48,941 nucleotides of DNA, taken from positions 1 to 48,941 of the forward strand of contig JAEOTZ010000043.1 in the NCBI GenBank assembly GCA_016839585.1, written 5' to 3'. Numbering within the stretch: the stretch's first letter is position 1; each line of letters begins with the position of its first letter. This DNA comes from Promethearchaeota archaeon (GTDB lineage: Archaea > Asgardarchaeota > Lokiarchaeia > Sigyniarchaeales > SOKP01). Shown piece after piece: positions 1 to 9,266 of this stretch. The notes beneath the pieces were generated by a model. That model saw only the letters and a program-made list of their open reading frames with translations, did no database searches and was not told the DNA's origin. A program made the translations under genes and the position numbers.

Positions 1-331
1 AGGAAAAACAGCTGAGAAGGAATTTGTATATCAAGCAACAAATAAAGAATATAATAAAGCTTTATTTATAGCAAAAGAATTCAATTTAAAAGAAGATATA
101 AATAAAATTTCACAAAAAATTTTTGATATAGAAAGTAAATCTAAACAAATAGAATTGAATTATAACATTGAAATGGCTGAAAATACCGAAAAAAATGGAG
201 ATATTATTAATAGTATAAATTACTATCAGAAGGCTTTGAAGATCCTTGAAAGTTTTCTTATCTATAATATTGTAGATCCTCGAATTAAGAAATTCAAGAA
301 AAAAATATTAAAACTTCGAGAAGAAATTTAA
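1..331 (+). CDS. 3' end of a helical, TPR-like protein (partial, runs off the window start)
   Basis: Frame 2 is open from the window edge to TAA at 329-331: ...EYNKALFIAKEF...NGDIINSINYYQKALKIL... This has a TPR-like helix pattern. Not in the ORF track. Confidence 0.6.
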   Translation, partial: GKTAEKEFVYQATNKEYNKALFIAKEFNLKEDINKISQKIFDIESKSKQIELNYNIEMAENTEKNGDIINSINYYQKALKILESFLIYNIVDPRIKKFKKKILKLREEI

Positions 332-420
332 TATAAATCGCTCTTATTCTATAATTATTTTTGAAATATTTCAAATTCAGTCTAAGCCAATTAAACAGTT
401 AAAATTCACTAATATAAAGG

Positions 421-1305
421 TTATAAAAAAGAAGTACCATGAGAAAGCTTCTCAGATAAAGGCATATCAGCATTATAAAATCCAGAATCAAGAAACTTCA
501 GTAATTCACTAATCTTTGGATATTTATCATAAAAATATTTAAGAATTCGATGAAAAAAAATGTAAAATTTTCCATATGAAATTTTAAAATCTTTAAATTC
601 TTTGTAGTTTAAGTGAAGTATTGCTACGTTTGCAAATTTTTCTTTCACATCTTTTGGTAATTTTTCAAAGATATGGAGGAGGAAGGACTTATTATACTTT
701 AAATCAATAAATATTGCTAATTCCATTATATTATTTATCTTTAAATAGTTATGCTGTGAAAAATTCATAAATCCTTTAAGTTTGTTAACTATAATTTTAA
801 ACAATTTAGCACTTAACTGATCTAATACATATTCTCTCTCATCTTCATTTAGGTAATTTAAATATCCATTATAAAGTAAGCATTGTATAACACTTAATTG
901 CCCCTCTTCAAATCTTTTAGCGATTTCTTCTTTGAATACATTTTTTGCGATAACATCTCCTGCCTTGGTTAATCTTTTCAATAATGGAAAAGCTAAATTT
1001 GTGTGGATTAAACAAATATTATAATTATTTTCATACCAAACCTGTAGATTAGAACAATGGCCCCAGAATTGAATCTCGGGAGAAATTATATTATATTTAT
1101 TTTCTGAACCCTCTAAAGTTTTATCTAATTTATCTATAACTTCATTAATTGAAGAAATTTCTTCAAAAGATTCTATTTCATTTATGGGGATTTTTATTAA
1201 TAGGTATTTACATTGTAAAAATAGTTTATTATTCACGTATATATTTGTCCTACCACTTTCCAACCTTAACTCAAGAAATTTATTTATTGTAAATTTTAAC
1301 ATCAA
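421..1305 (-). CDS. Lokiarchaeia-expanded hypothetical family protein (domain usually found N-terminal to LRRs)
   Basis: Motifs INKFLELRLESGRTNIYVN, QCKYLL, FWGHCSNLQVWYEN and LAFPLLKRLTKAGD..AKNVFKEEIAKRF, recognised from memory of a Loki paralog family. No LRRs here. Confidence 0.6.
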   Translation of the reverse strand: MMLKFTINKFLELRLESGRTNIYVNNKLFLQCKYLLIKIPINEIESFEEISSINEVIDKLDKTLEGSENKYNIISPEIQFWGHCSNLQVWYENNYNICLIHTNLAFPLLKRLTKAGDVIAKNVFKEEIAKRFEEGQLSVIQCLLYNGYLNYLNEDEREYVLDQLSAKLFKIIVNKLKGFMNFSQHNYLKINNIMELAIFIDLKYNKSFLLHIFEKLPKDVKEKFANVAILHLNYKEFKDFKISYGKFYIFFHRILKYFYDKYPKISELLKFLDSGFYNADMPLSEKLSHGTSFL

Positions 1306-1380
1306 GGAAATTATCAGTCAGTATGTTTTTTATTTTTTTTCATTAATAAAGAAGTTTCAATGATTAATCTAATCATAATT

Positions 1381-2028
1381 TTAGGTATTACAAATTCTAT
1401 ATAACTTTTCATAAATTTTAGAAAGTCTTGATATTGCATTATAATCATTTTGCTGCAAATAATAAGAGATATAACCAGATAAACCCTGAGGATTTTTAAT
1501 CCATTCTAAAAAACCTTCAATTTCCGCCTTTAAGACTGGATCAACCGTTATAGATTTTGGAGTTAAGATAGGTGTTGTATTATGTATAATTTTAGCTTCA
1601 CTTTCGCTTGATAAATCTACTTTAGTTTCAATGAATTTTGATTTCGAACCTTTTTCAAACATTGCAGCAGCTCTAGCTATAGCAGGATAAGCCATATGAT
1701 ACCACCCTTTTGCTTTAGGTTTAATATGCGCAATCATATATTTATCTCCATCTGGTGTAGAGGCGCCAACTAAATGTCCTTTCTTATGTCGATTAGTACC
1801 AATAAAACGCTCTGGTTCTATTTGAAGGATAGAATACCTGATTTTATTCAAATTCACAGATTGTGCATTTCCACTTCCCCAACTTGAAAGTAAATCATTA
1901 ATATCACTTTTAACGCTCCAATTATCGGTTGAATATAATATTTTTCCCGATCTATTTACTACTACCACTTCTGATGCATCAGAATAATATTTTTGCAAAT
2001 CCTTAACAATAGATTTGTAATTAACCAA
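1381..2028 (-). CDS. Asgard profilin-domain protein with C-terminal extension
   Basis: VVVNRSGKILYSTDNW...IRYSILQIEPERFIGTNRHKKGHLVG resembles the Loki profilin pattern (G.I...T.NW...KY.I....ER.IGTN..GKGH). TTG start with an upstream GAGGTG SD-like motif. Confidence 0.75.
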   Translation of the reverse strand: MVNYKSIVKDLQKYYSDASEVVVVNRSGKILYSTDNWSVKSDINDLLSSWGSGNAQSVNLNKIRYSILQIEPERFIGTNRHKKGHLVGASTPDGDKYMIAHIKPKAKGWYHMAYPAIARAAAMFEKGSKSKFIETKVDLSSESEAKIIHNTTPILTPKSITVDPVLKAEIEGFLEWIKNPQGLSGYISYYLQQNDYNAISRLSKIYEKLYRICNT

Positions 2029-2375
2029 ATTTATACACCTCTTATTAATAAATGAATCGATTTTTAAGTCCTCAATCAGTTAAGATATATTCTTAATAAT
2101 ATTAAAGATTTTATATCATTTTAGTAATAATATAATAGACTATAACTTTCCTATTATTTTCTCTAAAATAATTCTTTTAATAATGTGAATTAAGATTTTA
2201 TATACAAAAAGTATACTAATTTGGACTTTTATGCCAAACTCCATAAAGAACAGACAATCTACACGAATCTTATCCAAATTTTATATCTTTTGAAAAAGTT
2301 TTTTTTTGTTCTATTATTACGGAAATCAAATTTTATTGTTATTTTTATATTTTAAACTAAATAGATAATATTATC

Positions 2376-2885
2376 ATGAGAAAAACGGTTAAAATTGTCG
2401 TTTCGGGAGATGGAGGAGTAGGAAAAACTTGCTTTTTAAATCGATTAGTTTATGATGAGTTTGACATCAACAGTGATTTAACTAAAGGGGTGGATTTTTT
2501 TTCTAAAAGTGTCTCAGTTAATGGTACGGAATACAATTTTATAATGTGGGATTTTGCTGGTCAAAACCATTTTAGAAGTTTATTAAACAGTTTTGTAGAT
2601 GGATCAATAGCTGCTTTTATTTTATTTGACTTAACGCGATTAAATACACTTGAAACAGTTTATGAATGGATTAGAAAATTATCTAATTATGGAAATATAC
2701 CTACGTTAATTTTAGGAACAAAAAGCGATATAACAAATCTCAATGATTATTCATTTCTCAATGAATATATTTCAGAAATAAGGAAATATTACAAAAATAT
2801 TATTGGTTATTTTAATATATCATCAAAAACTGGTTCTAATATTAAAAGAGTTTTTGATTTTTTGATAGAAAATATTTCAGATTAG
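2376..2885 (+). CDS. Rab/Ras-like small GTPase
   Basis: G1 GDGGVGKT, G2 TKGVDF, G3 WDFAGQ, G4 GTKSD, G5 SSKTG. Confidence 0.9.
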   Translation: MRKTVKIVVSGDGGVGKTCFLNRLVYDEFDINSDLTKGVDFFSKSVSVNGTEYNFIMWDFAGQNHFRSLLNSFVDGSIAAFILFDLTRLNTLETVYEWIRKLSNYGNIPTLILGTKSDITNLNDYSFLNEYISEIRKYYKNIIGYFNISSKTGSNIKRVFDFLIENISD

Positions 2886-2996
2886 ATCTAAAAGAATTTT
2901 ATAACCAGAACAAACATAATTAAAAGGTTTATTTTTAGACTAAAACTAAAATTATTTCTTTTAATTAACTCTTTTTATAAAAGAAAAGAAAATACT

Positions 2997-4037
2997 TCAT
3001 GATATTTTAACAATCCAACCAAACTCATCCTCGATTTCTAATCGTTGAATACTATTCAAAAGTTCATAAAGTTTTGTAGTTAATTCTCCAGGCTCCCCGT
3101 TGTTAAACACTCTTTTTTTCCCTTCTAAAAATACAGATGATATTGGAGTTATAACAGCAGCAGTTCCTGTACAGAAAGTTTCTGTGCAACTTTCTTCAAA
3201 CAATTCTTTATAGGAAATATCTCTTTCTTCAACTTCTATTCCAAGTTTTTTTGAGCAGAGTTCCAAAATAGCATCTCTTGTAATTCCTTCTAAAATTGTG
3301 CCTGTTTTTCTTGGAGTAGCTATTTTACCATTGATTAATCCGAAAAAATTAGCGGTTCCAACTTCTTCAATATATTCCATATTTATAGCATCTAAATAAA
3401 GTATTTGGGCAAAACCTTTAGCTTTCGTTTCTTTTGCTGGTAACATAGTTCCTGCATAATTGCAACACGTTTTAGCAGATCCAGTGCCTCCTGGTGCAGC
3501 TCTAGTATATTTTTTCGAAATTTCTAGATGAATTCCATTAAACCCCTCAGGAAAGTAAGGTCCTACAGGTACAGTAAAAACTATAAATTTAAATTCCTCA
3601 GCAGGGGCAACACCTACAATTGGTCCATTTCCAATCATTAAAGGTCGTATGTATAATGCTCCACCACTATCATACGGTGGAATATATTCTTCATTAGCTT
3701 TTACAACCTTCTTAATTGCTTCTAAAAATTTATCAACATCATATTCCGGCATTACCATCCTTCTAGCACTCATATTGAATCTTTTACCATTTTCTTCAGG
3801 TCGAAATAACACAATTTCTCCAGTTTTTGCTCTCAAAGCTTTCATACCTTCAAATATACCTTGCCCATAATTCAATACACATGCCGCTGGTGAGATTTCA
3901 AAATTTCCAAATGGTATTGAATTTCCATCATCCCATTTTCCATTCTTATAATCTGATACAAACATAGTTTTGGTTTCAAGATACCTGAAACCTAATGAAT
4001 AAAAATCAATATCTTTTGGATCTACCATAAACATCAA
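2997..4037 (-). CDS. ilvE: Branched-chain amino acid aminotransferase (PLP fold type IV)
   Basis: LNYGQGIFEGMKA, LYIRP, AK..NYA, LYLD, EEVGTANFF, TILEGITR and GTAAVITP motifs. Confidence 0.93.
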   Translation of the reverse strand: MMFMVDPKDIDFYSLGFRYLETKTMFVSDYKNGKWDDGNSIPFGNFEISPAACVLNYGQGIFEGMKALRAKTGEIVLFRPEENGKRFNMSARRMVMPEYDVDKFLEAIKKVVKANEEYIPPYDSGGALYIRPLMIGNGPIVGVAPAEEFKFIVFTVPVGPYFPEGFNGIHLEISKKYTRAAPGGTGSAKTCCNYAGTMLPAKETKAKGFAQILYLDAINMEYIEEVGTANFFGLINGKIATPRKTGTILEGITRDAILELCSKKLGIEVEERDISYKELFEESCTETFCTGTAAVITPISSVFLEGKKRVFNNGEPGELTTKLYELLNSIQRLEIEDEFGWIVKIS

Positions 4038-4180
4038 TTTCTTCTTTTAATTGGTAGAATTATATATGAAGCTTTTGTTAAAAAATCTTATCAATAAAAA
4101 ATGAATAAAACATAAATAAGCCAAATTAGTTTATTTATTATATTTTTAGAGAATTTAAATATACAATATAGAATATCAAA

Positions 4181-5125
4181 ATGACAAATGAATTACATAA
4201 TACAGCTGAAATCAAATTAATTATAGCAGGCCTAGATAACGCAGGTAAGACTAGTTTTTTAATTGCTTTAAGACAAAAATATAATTTCTATGAACGGGTT
4301 AAAATCTTAAAACCAACTATAAATATTGATTATAGTTCCTTTAATTTTTTAAATCTTTATCGTATAAATCTTTGGGATATGGGTGGACAAGAAAGGTTTA
4401 GAAAAATTTATACTAATAATCCTGTATATTTTACTGATACTAATTATCTTTACTATCTTATTGATGTTCAAGATGAATTAAGATTTGAGGAATCAATTCA
4501 ATATTTATCCGATCTTTTGGATATTTTTAGAAGTTTAGAATATTCGAATGAAATTATAATATGTTTTCATAAATATGACCCAAAGTTTAAAAATAGCGAA
4601 GATTTCGTTGATAGAATAGAAATGATTAAAAATTTAGTTTTAACCCGAAATAAAGATTTACAATTCAGGTTTTTTAATACATCATACTATGATATTTCTT
4701 CATTATCAAAAGCTTTATCATACTCTTTAAATACATTGTTAAATACAGAGAGAATTAACTCCAAATTGCAAACTATAGTCGTTAATTTTAATTGTAACTA
4801 TTTAACTTTATATACTAGTGATGGTCTAATTATTTCTGATTATTACAACGAAACAATGGATATAAAAGATTTTGAAGAGATAATAACTAACAAAATAAAT
4901 GATAATTTAGAATTTTTTCAAAGATTAGGTGATCGCAATGTTAATATCGATGAAAGAATGACGTTCTCTAAAGAAAATACTGAATACGTAAAAAAATTCG
5001 ATATATCAATTGGTAATGAAATTACTATCTTTTACCTAAGTATTTCAACTCCTTTAAGGAAAATTCTCGAATTAAAAAAAGAGGTAGATAAGTTAGAAAT
5101 AATTTTGGAATCTACTTTTACTTAA
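4181..5125 (+). CDS. Rag/Gtr-like (Arf-superfamily-related) GTPase with C-terminal roadblock/longin-like domain
   Basis: G1 GLDNAGKTS, G2 PTINI, G3 WDMGGQ, G4 HKYD (His-type as in Rag), G5 TSYYD (cf. Rag TSIYD/TSIWD). About 130-aa C-terminal alpha/beta domain (LYTSDGLIISD). Confidence 0.75.
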   Translation: MTNELHNTAEIKLIIAGLDNAGKTSFLIALRQKYNFYERVKILKPTINIDYSSFNFLNLYRINLWDMGGQERFRKIYTNNPVYFTDTNYLYYLIDVQDELRFEESIQYLSDLLDIFRSLEYSNEIIICFHKYDPKFKNSEDFVDRIEMIKNLVLTRNKDLQFRFFNTSYYDISSLSKALSYSLNTLLNTERINSKLQTIVVNFNCNYLTLYTSDGLIISDYYNETMDIKDFEEIITNKINDNLEFFQRLGDRNVNIDERMTFSKENTEYVKKFDISIGNEITIFYLSISTPLRKILELKKEVDKLEIILESTFT

Positions 5126-5197
5126 TTTAATAAAAAAATTAAAATTTTGCTTACATTTATATTAAATAAGTTCTAATTTCAAATCAATTTAACTTTT

Positions 5198-5273
5198 GCC
5201 AGAGTCGCCTAGACTGGCAGGGCGACAGCCTGCAGAGTTGTTTACGGGAGTTCAAATCTCCCCTCTGGCTCCA
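5198..5273 (+). tRNA. tRNA-Cys(GCA), CCA encoded
   Basis: Acceptor stem GCCAGAG/CTCTGGC, anticodon arm ACAGC-CTGCAGA-GTTGT (GCA at 5232-5234), T arm GGGAG-TTCAAAT-CTCCC, discriminator T, then CCA. Confidence 0.95.
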
Positions 5274-5420
5274 GCTTTTTAAGAGAAAAATTTTTACCAA
5301 TCGAAATCCAAATATTATATACTTTGAAATATTTATTAGCGCTTTTTTATAAAAAAAAAAACATTAATATTTAATTTGATTTTCATAAGATTTTTCAAAA
5401 TTATTAAGTTATTTGGATAT

Positions 5421-6305
5421 ATGGCTTTACAAAAAGTAACTGTTAAAGATATTATAGAGAAGAAAAAGAAAGGTGAAAAGATAGTTACAATAACATCATA
5501 TGACTATTCATTTGCTAAAATTGTCGATGCGAGTAATTTTGATTTAATTCTTGTCGGGGATTCACTTTCGATGGTTATGCTTGGATATAGAAATACATTA
5601 TCTGTCACCATGGACGAGATGATTCATCATACTAAGGCTGTAAGTCGAGCAGTCTCAAATGCATTGATAGTTGGTGATATGCCTTTCCTTTCTTATAAAA
5701 TTGATATAAAAGAAGCTGTTAAAAATGCAGGAAGATTTATTCAGGAAGGTGGTGCTGAAGCTGTTAAAGTTGAGGGCGGGACTGAAATTTGTCCAACGAT
5801 AAAAACAATGATTAATGCAGATATTCAAGTTATGGGTCATATTGGTCTTACACCCCAAGCAATCTATAAATTTGGTGGATTTTTAGTTCAAGGAAAGACA
5901 TTAGAAGCTGCGAAAAAGCTCATTTTAGATGCTAAAAATTTGGAAGAAATGGGTGTTTTTTCGATTGTTTTGGAGAGTATTCCTTGGCAAATTGCGAAGT
6001 TAATTACAAGTACTGTTGAGGTTCCAACTATTGGTATCGGTGCTGGACCATATTGTGACGGTCAGATATTAGTTATTCATGATATGTTAGGAATTTTTAC
6101 TGAATTTAAACCTAAATTTCTTAAATATTTTGGCAATATTGGAGAATCAATCTCTCAAGCATTAGATAATTATAAGAATGAAGTAATAAATGGCGTATAT
6201 CCTGATCATGAGCATTCATATGAGTTTCCTGAACAAGATTTAGATAAAATTAATGAATGGTTCGAAAGCGTCGATATTAATGAAGAAGCTCATAAATTGA
6301 TTTAG
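5421..6305 (+). CDS. panB: 3-methyl-2-oxobutanoate hydroxymethyltransferase
   Basis: TSYDY, LVGDSLSMV, DMPFLSY, VKVEGG, VMGHIGLTPQ and TIGIGAG..CDGQILV motifs. ATG 5421 (MALQKVT) is more likely than the track's TTG 5376. Confidence 0.95.
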   Translation: MALQKVTVKDIIEKKKKGEKIVTITSYDYSFAKIVDASNFDLILVGDSLSMVMLGYRNTLSVTMDEMIHHTKAVSRAVSNALIVGDMPFLSYKIDIKEAVKNAGRFIQEGGAEAVKVEGGTEICPTIKTMINADIQVMGHIGLTPQAIYKFGGFLVQGKTLEAAKKLILDAKNLEEMGVFSIVLESIPWQIAKLITSTVEVPTIGIGAGPYCDGQILVIHDMLGIFTEFKPKFLKYFGNIGESISQALDNYKNEVINGVYPDHEHSYEFPEQDLDKINEWFESVDINEEAHKLI

Positions 6306-6476
6306 AATTTATTTTTTTTTAGGAAGATAATAAAATAATATTGGAAAAATATCTGAATATAATCTATTTTTCGATATAAATAAAATTATAAATTCATATT
6401 TATAGTTATTATATATAAAAAATTGAATATTTAAAGAAGCAATTTAAAACTATTAATTTAAATAAGTGGACATGTA

Positions 6477-8205
6477 ATGGCTGAGGAATACGACTTTCTA
6501 TTTAAATCCATTGTCGTGGGAGATGGTGGTGTCGGTAAGACTGCTTTAACTCTTCGTTTTAGCAAAGGGTTCTTCACAGAAGATTACAAAATGACAATTG
6601 GCGTAGTAGCTAAGAGGAACTCCCTCTAGGAGCGCAAACTTTCACGTCAAAACAATTACTATTGATACCAATGAAGGACCAATTCGATCGAAATTACAAA
6701 TTTGGGATACTGGTGGACAAGAAAGATTTAGTTCTATAAGACCAATGTATTATCGAGGATCTTTAGGAGCTTTAATGATCTTTGATCTAACAAATTCTGC
6801 TAGTTTCGCCCATTTACCTCAATGGATCGAAGAAGTAAGAGCAAATGTAAAAAGTGAGATCCCTCTATTATTAGTCGGAAATAAGAGTGATTTAACTGAT
6901 GAAAGGTTAGTTTCAATAGAAGAAATTAACAATTTCACAAGGGATTTTAATTTGTATTATATGGAAACCTCAGCAAAAACAGGTGAGGGTGTTGGTGATT
7001 GTTTCTATATACTAGCTTGTCTAATGATAGGATCAGGAGTACCAGATCAATTAATATCCAAAAATATTGTTTATAGTCCTGGTCAAATTCTTGGTGTGAC
7101 TAAAGTTATAACTTCACCAGCTACTCTATCAGAACCAGAATATAATTTTTCTGCACCTCCAGTCCCTGAGCCAACTCCTACATTCGAGCCAGAACCTGAA
7201 TTTAAATTTGAAGCACCTCCAGTCCCTGAGCCAAGTCCCATGGAAAAATCTGAATCCCTTCACATATTTGAACCAGAATTAGAACCAGATATTCTTATTC
7301 CAGAACCAAAAATAGAAGAAAAAGGCGAAAAACAAGTTGAATTCGAGTTTAAAACTCCTGATGAAATATTATCTGAAGGAGCAGAAAAAAAGCCTGTTAT
7401 TACTAGTTCTTCAGATATTTCCACATCTACTGATAGAGAGAGTTATAAACCTAAAGCAGTACCTTTTACTTCAAGCGTTCCTATTCCAGCGCCACCACCA
7501 GAAGGATTTCAAACCCCTCAAGAAATAAAACATGTAGAAACAACTAAAGCTCCTGCTCCTTTTCTAATTACAAAGAAAGAAGAACCACCTAAACCAACAT
7601 CTATGACATTAGATATACCTGCCGAAACTATATCAGAAACATCATCAGAATCATTAATAGATTATATGCCTGAGACAATTTTATCTAAGAAAGAAAAGAA
7701 AAAATTAGCCAAACAGAAAAAGAAAGAAGAAAAAGAAAAATCTAAATTAGAGAAGGAGAAAAAGAACCAAGAAGCAAGAGAAAAGCAAGAAAGACTAATA
7801 AAAGATATGAAAACAACTAAGAAGGAAAAGAAAGAAAAGAAAGAAGAAGTTGAAGCAGAAATACCTATACCAGTACAACTTACACCATCAACTTCTACAA
7901 CATCAAAAACACCTTCACTTTTCCAAGCTTTGACCCAAAAAGCTGAAGAATCAGATCAAGCGAAAACTTCTACCTTTATACCATTTGCTGCAGCTAAAAA
8001 GTCTGAAATACAAGAAAGTAGTAAATTAAGAATAATCCCTAATGTGGCTGATATTGAAGGTACAACTCCAGCAACCCCTGTTGTACCAATTACCCAAAAG
8101 AAAGTTCAACAACCTGCAAGTAAGGAAATAATAATTTGTAAACAATGTGGTGCAATATTATCTTCAGATTATGCTTTTTGTAATAAGTGCGGAACTAAAC
8201 TATGA
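6477..8205 (+). CDS. Rab-like GTPase with Pro/Glu-rich linker, Lys/Glu coiled coil and C-terminal zinc ribbon; spliced as join(6477..6606,6638..8205), 565 aa
   Basis: Exon 1 reads MAEEYDFLFKSIVVGDGGVGKTALTLRFSKGFFTEDYKMTIGV. Exon 2 reads (D)FHVKTITIDTNEGPIRSKLQIWDTGGQERFSSIRPMYYRG..., in frame with track ORF 6745..8205, which carries G4 GNKSD, G5 ETSAK and CKQC...CNKC. Confidence 0.88.
6607..6637 (+). other. Putative 31-nt archaeal-type (BHB/BHL) mRNA intron in the Rab gene
   Basis: Sequence TAGCTAAGAGGAACTCCCTCTAGGAGCGCAA. Central helix GCGU(6601-04)/GCGC(6632-35); bulges AG^U and AA^A; internal hairpin AGAGG/CCUCU. Removal rebuilds the GAC (Asp) codon of TIGVDF and the frame. Confidence 0.8.
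7153..7234 (+). repeat. Direct repeat (22 nt x2, 60-nt period) encoding APPVPEP motifs
   Basis: gcacctccagtccctgagccaa at 7153-7174 and 7213-7234. Confidence 0.85.
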
Positions 8206-8318
8206 ATTTTACATCACCTTTTATTCCCTAATCATAAATTAGTGTAAATCCCGATCTGTATAGTCTTTTTGAAATATTATTATATTGAATAATATTTTTT
8301 TAAATACGATCAGAAAAA

Positions 8319-9101
8319 TTAAATATTTTTTCCACATATAGGACAAGTACTCCACATTTTCTTAATTTTTGAATTGCAATGAGGACAAATCTTTAAATTA
8401 GGATCGATTCTTGTTTGAGGTCTCCCAAAGATTGTTACATCATCATTAGTCTCAATTTGAGACATTTTTTGTTCCGTAGGCGCTTTCATAGGTTCTTGGG
8501 GTATTTTGACGGATTTTTCAATCATATCTCTTGCTATATAGGTTTTTGGTGGTGCTTTTTTTACTTGTGGCTTATGATATTCTTGAGGTTTAATAGATGC
8601 TTGTTTTATATTATCTTTAATAACTTTTACCTCTGGTTTTGGTGGAGATTGCTGAATCTCTTCGATTGGCTCACCTACTTTATAATAGAAATATTTGCCG
8701 TTATTATTCTCAATAATTCTTTCTCCATCTTCCAAATAGACTTCTATATAATAAATTATTATTGAACCAACTGGAACTTCAGCAATTTCCGAAATGAAAT
8801 AATCCATTTTGATATCCATTTCCATTTGATACCATGACTTCCCTCTGTCTGCACTAAAAATTAAATTAACTATTGAAATTGCTTTATTAAAATCTTCTTC
8901 AGTGATTTTAACAACAATTTTAATAGTCTTTTTTTGGGCTTCTTCAGAAGTACCAATTCTTATTGCTTCCATTTCATCCCATGCAGCTCCACATTTCGGA
9001 CAATTTGTAAACCAATTTGGATATTCAAAGCCACATTTAGTACAGTTTTTAGTAAAATACCTTGTTGTTTTAATTCCTAGTGTTTTTTTATCTTTCCCCA
9101 T
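8319..9101 (-). CDS. Protein with N- and C-terminal zinc ribbons and a central beta-sandwich (CBM21/Ig-like) domain
   Basis: CTKC...CPKC and CPHC...CPIC. Central segment VNLIFSAD.GKSW...YYIEV...ENNNGKYFYY resembles the starch-binding CBM-like 'NNNGxNY' pattern (inference). Confidence 0.6.
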   Translation of the reverse strand: MGKDKKTLGIKTTRYFTKNCTKCGFEYPNWFTNCPKCGAAWDEMEAIRIGTSEEAQKKTIKIVVKITEEDFNKAISIVNLIFSADRGKSWYQMEMDIKMDYFISEIAEVPVGSIIIYYIEVYLEDGERIIENNNGKYFYYKVGEPIEEIQQSPPKPEVKVIKDNIKQASIKPQEYHKPQVKKAPPKTYIARDMIEKSVKIPQEPMKAPTEQKMSQIETNDDVTIFGRPQTRIDPNLKICPHCNSKIKKMWSTCPICGKNI

Positions 9102-9266
9102 TATTTTAGTTCCAATATTTTTGAAATGTAAATCCCAAATAATTTATTACTAAATATTAAATAATTTTTTGTCTTTAAATATATTTTTTATTGACTTAAG
9201 TATTTGGAACAATAATTTTAATAGAATTCTGACCCTTATTTAAGATAATATAATATATAACACTAG

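Noticed and set aside
5198-5273. tRNA genes as integration (att) sites of a mobile element
   Set aside because: No duplicated tRNA 3' end and no integrase seen in the window.
6600-6640. Spliceosomal-like GT...AG intron, programmed frameshift or pyrrolysine/readthrough explanation for the Rab break
   Set aside because: The GT-starting 31-nt excision at 6606 ends in CA and gives VNF, not VDF. Readthrough of the TAG would not fix the frame. A +1 frameshift would leave ~10 extra residues in switch I. The BHB geometry fits best.
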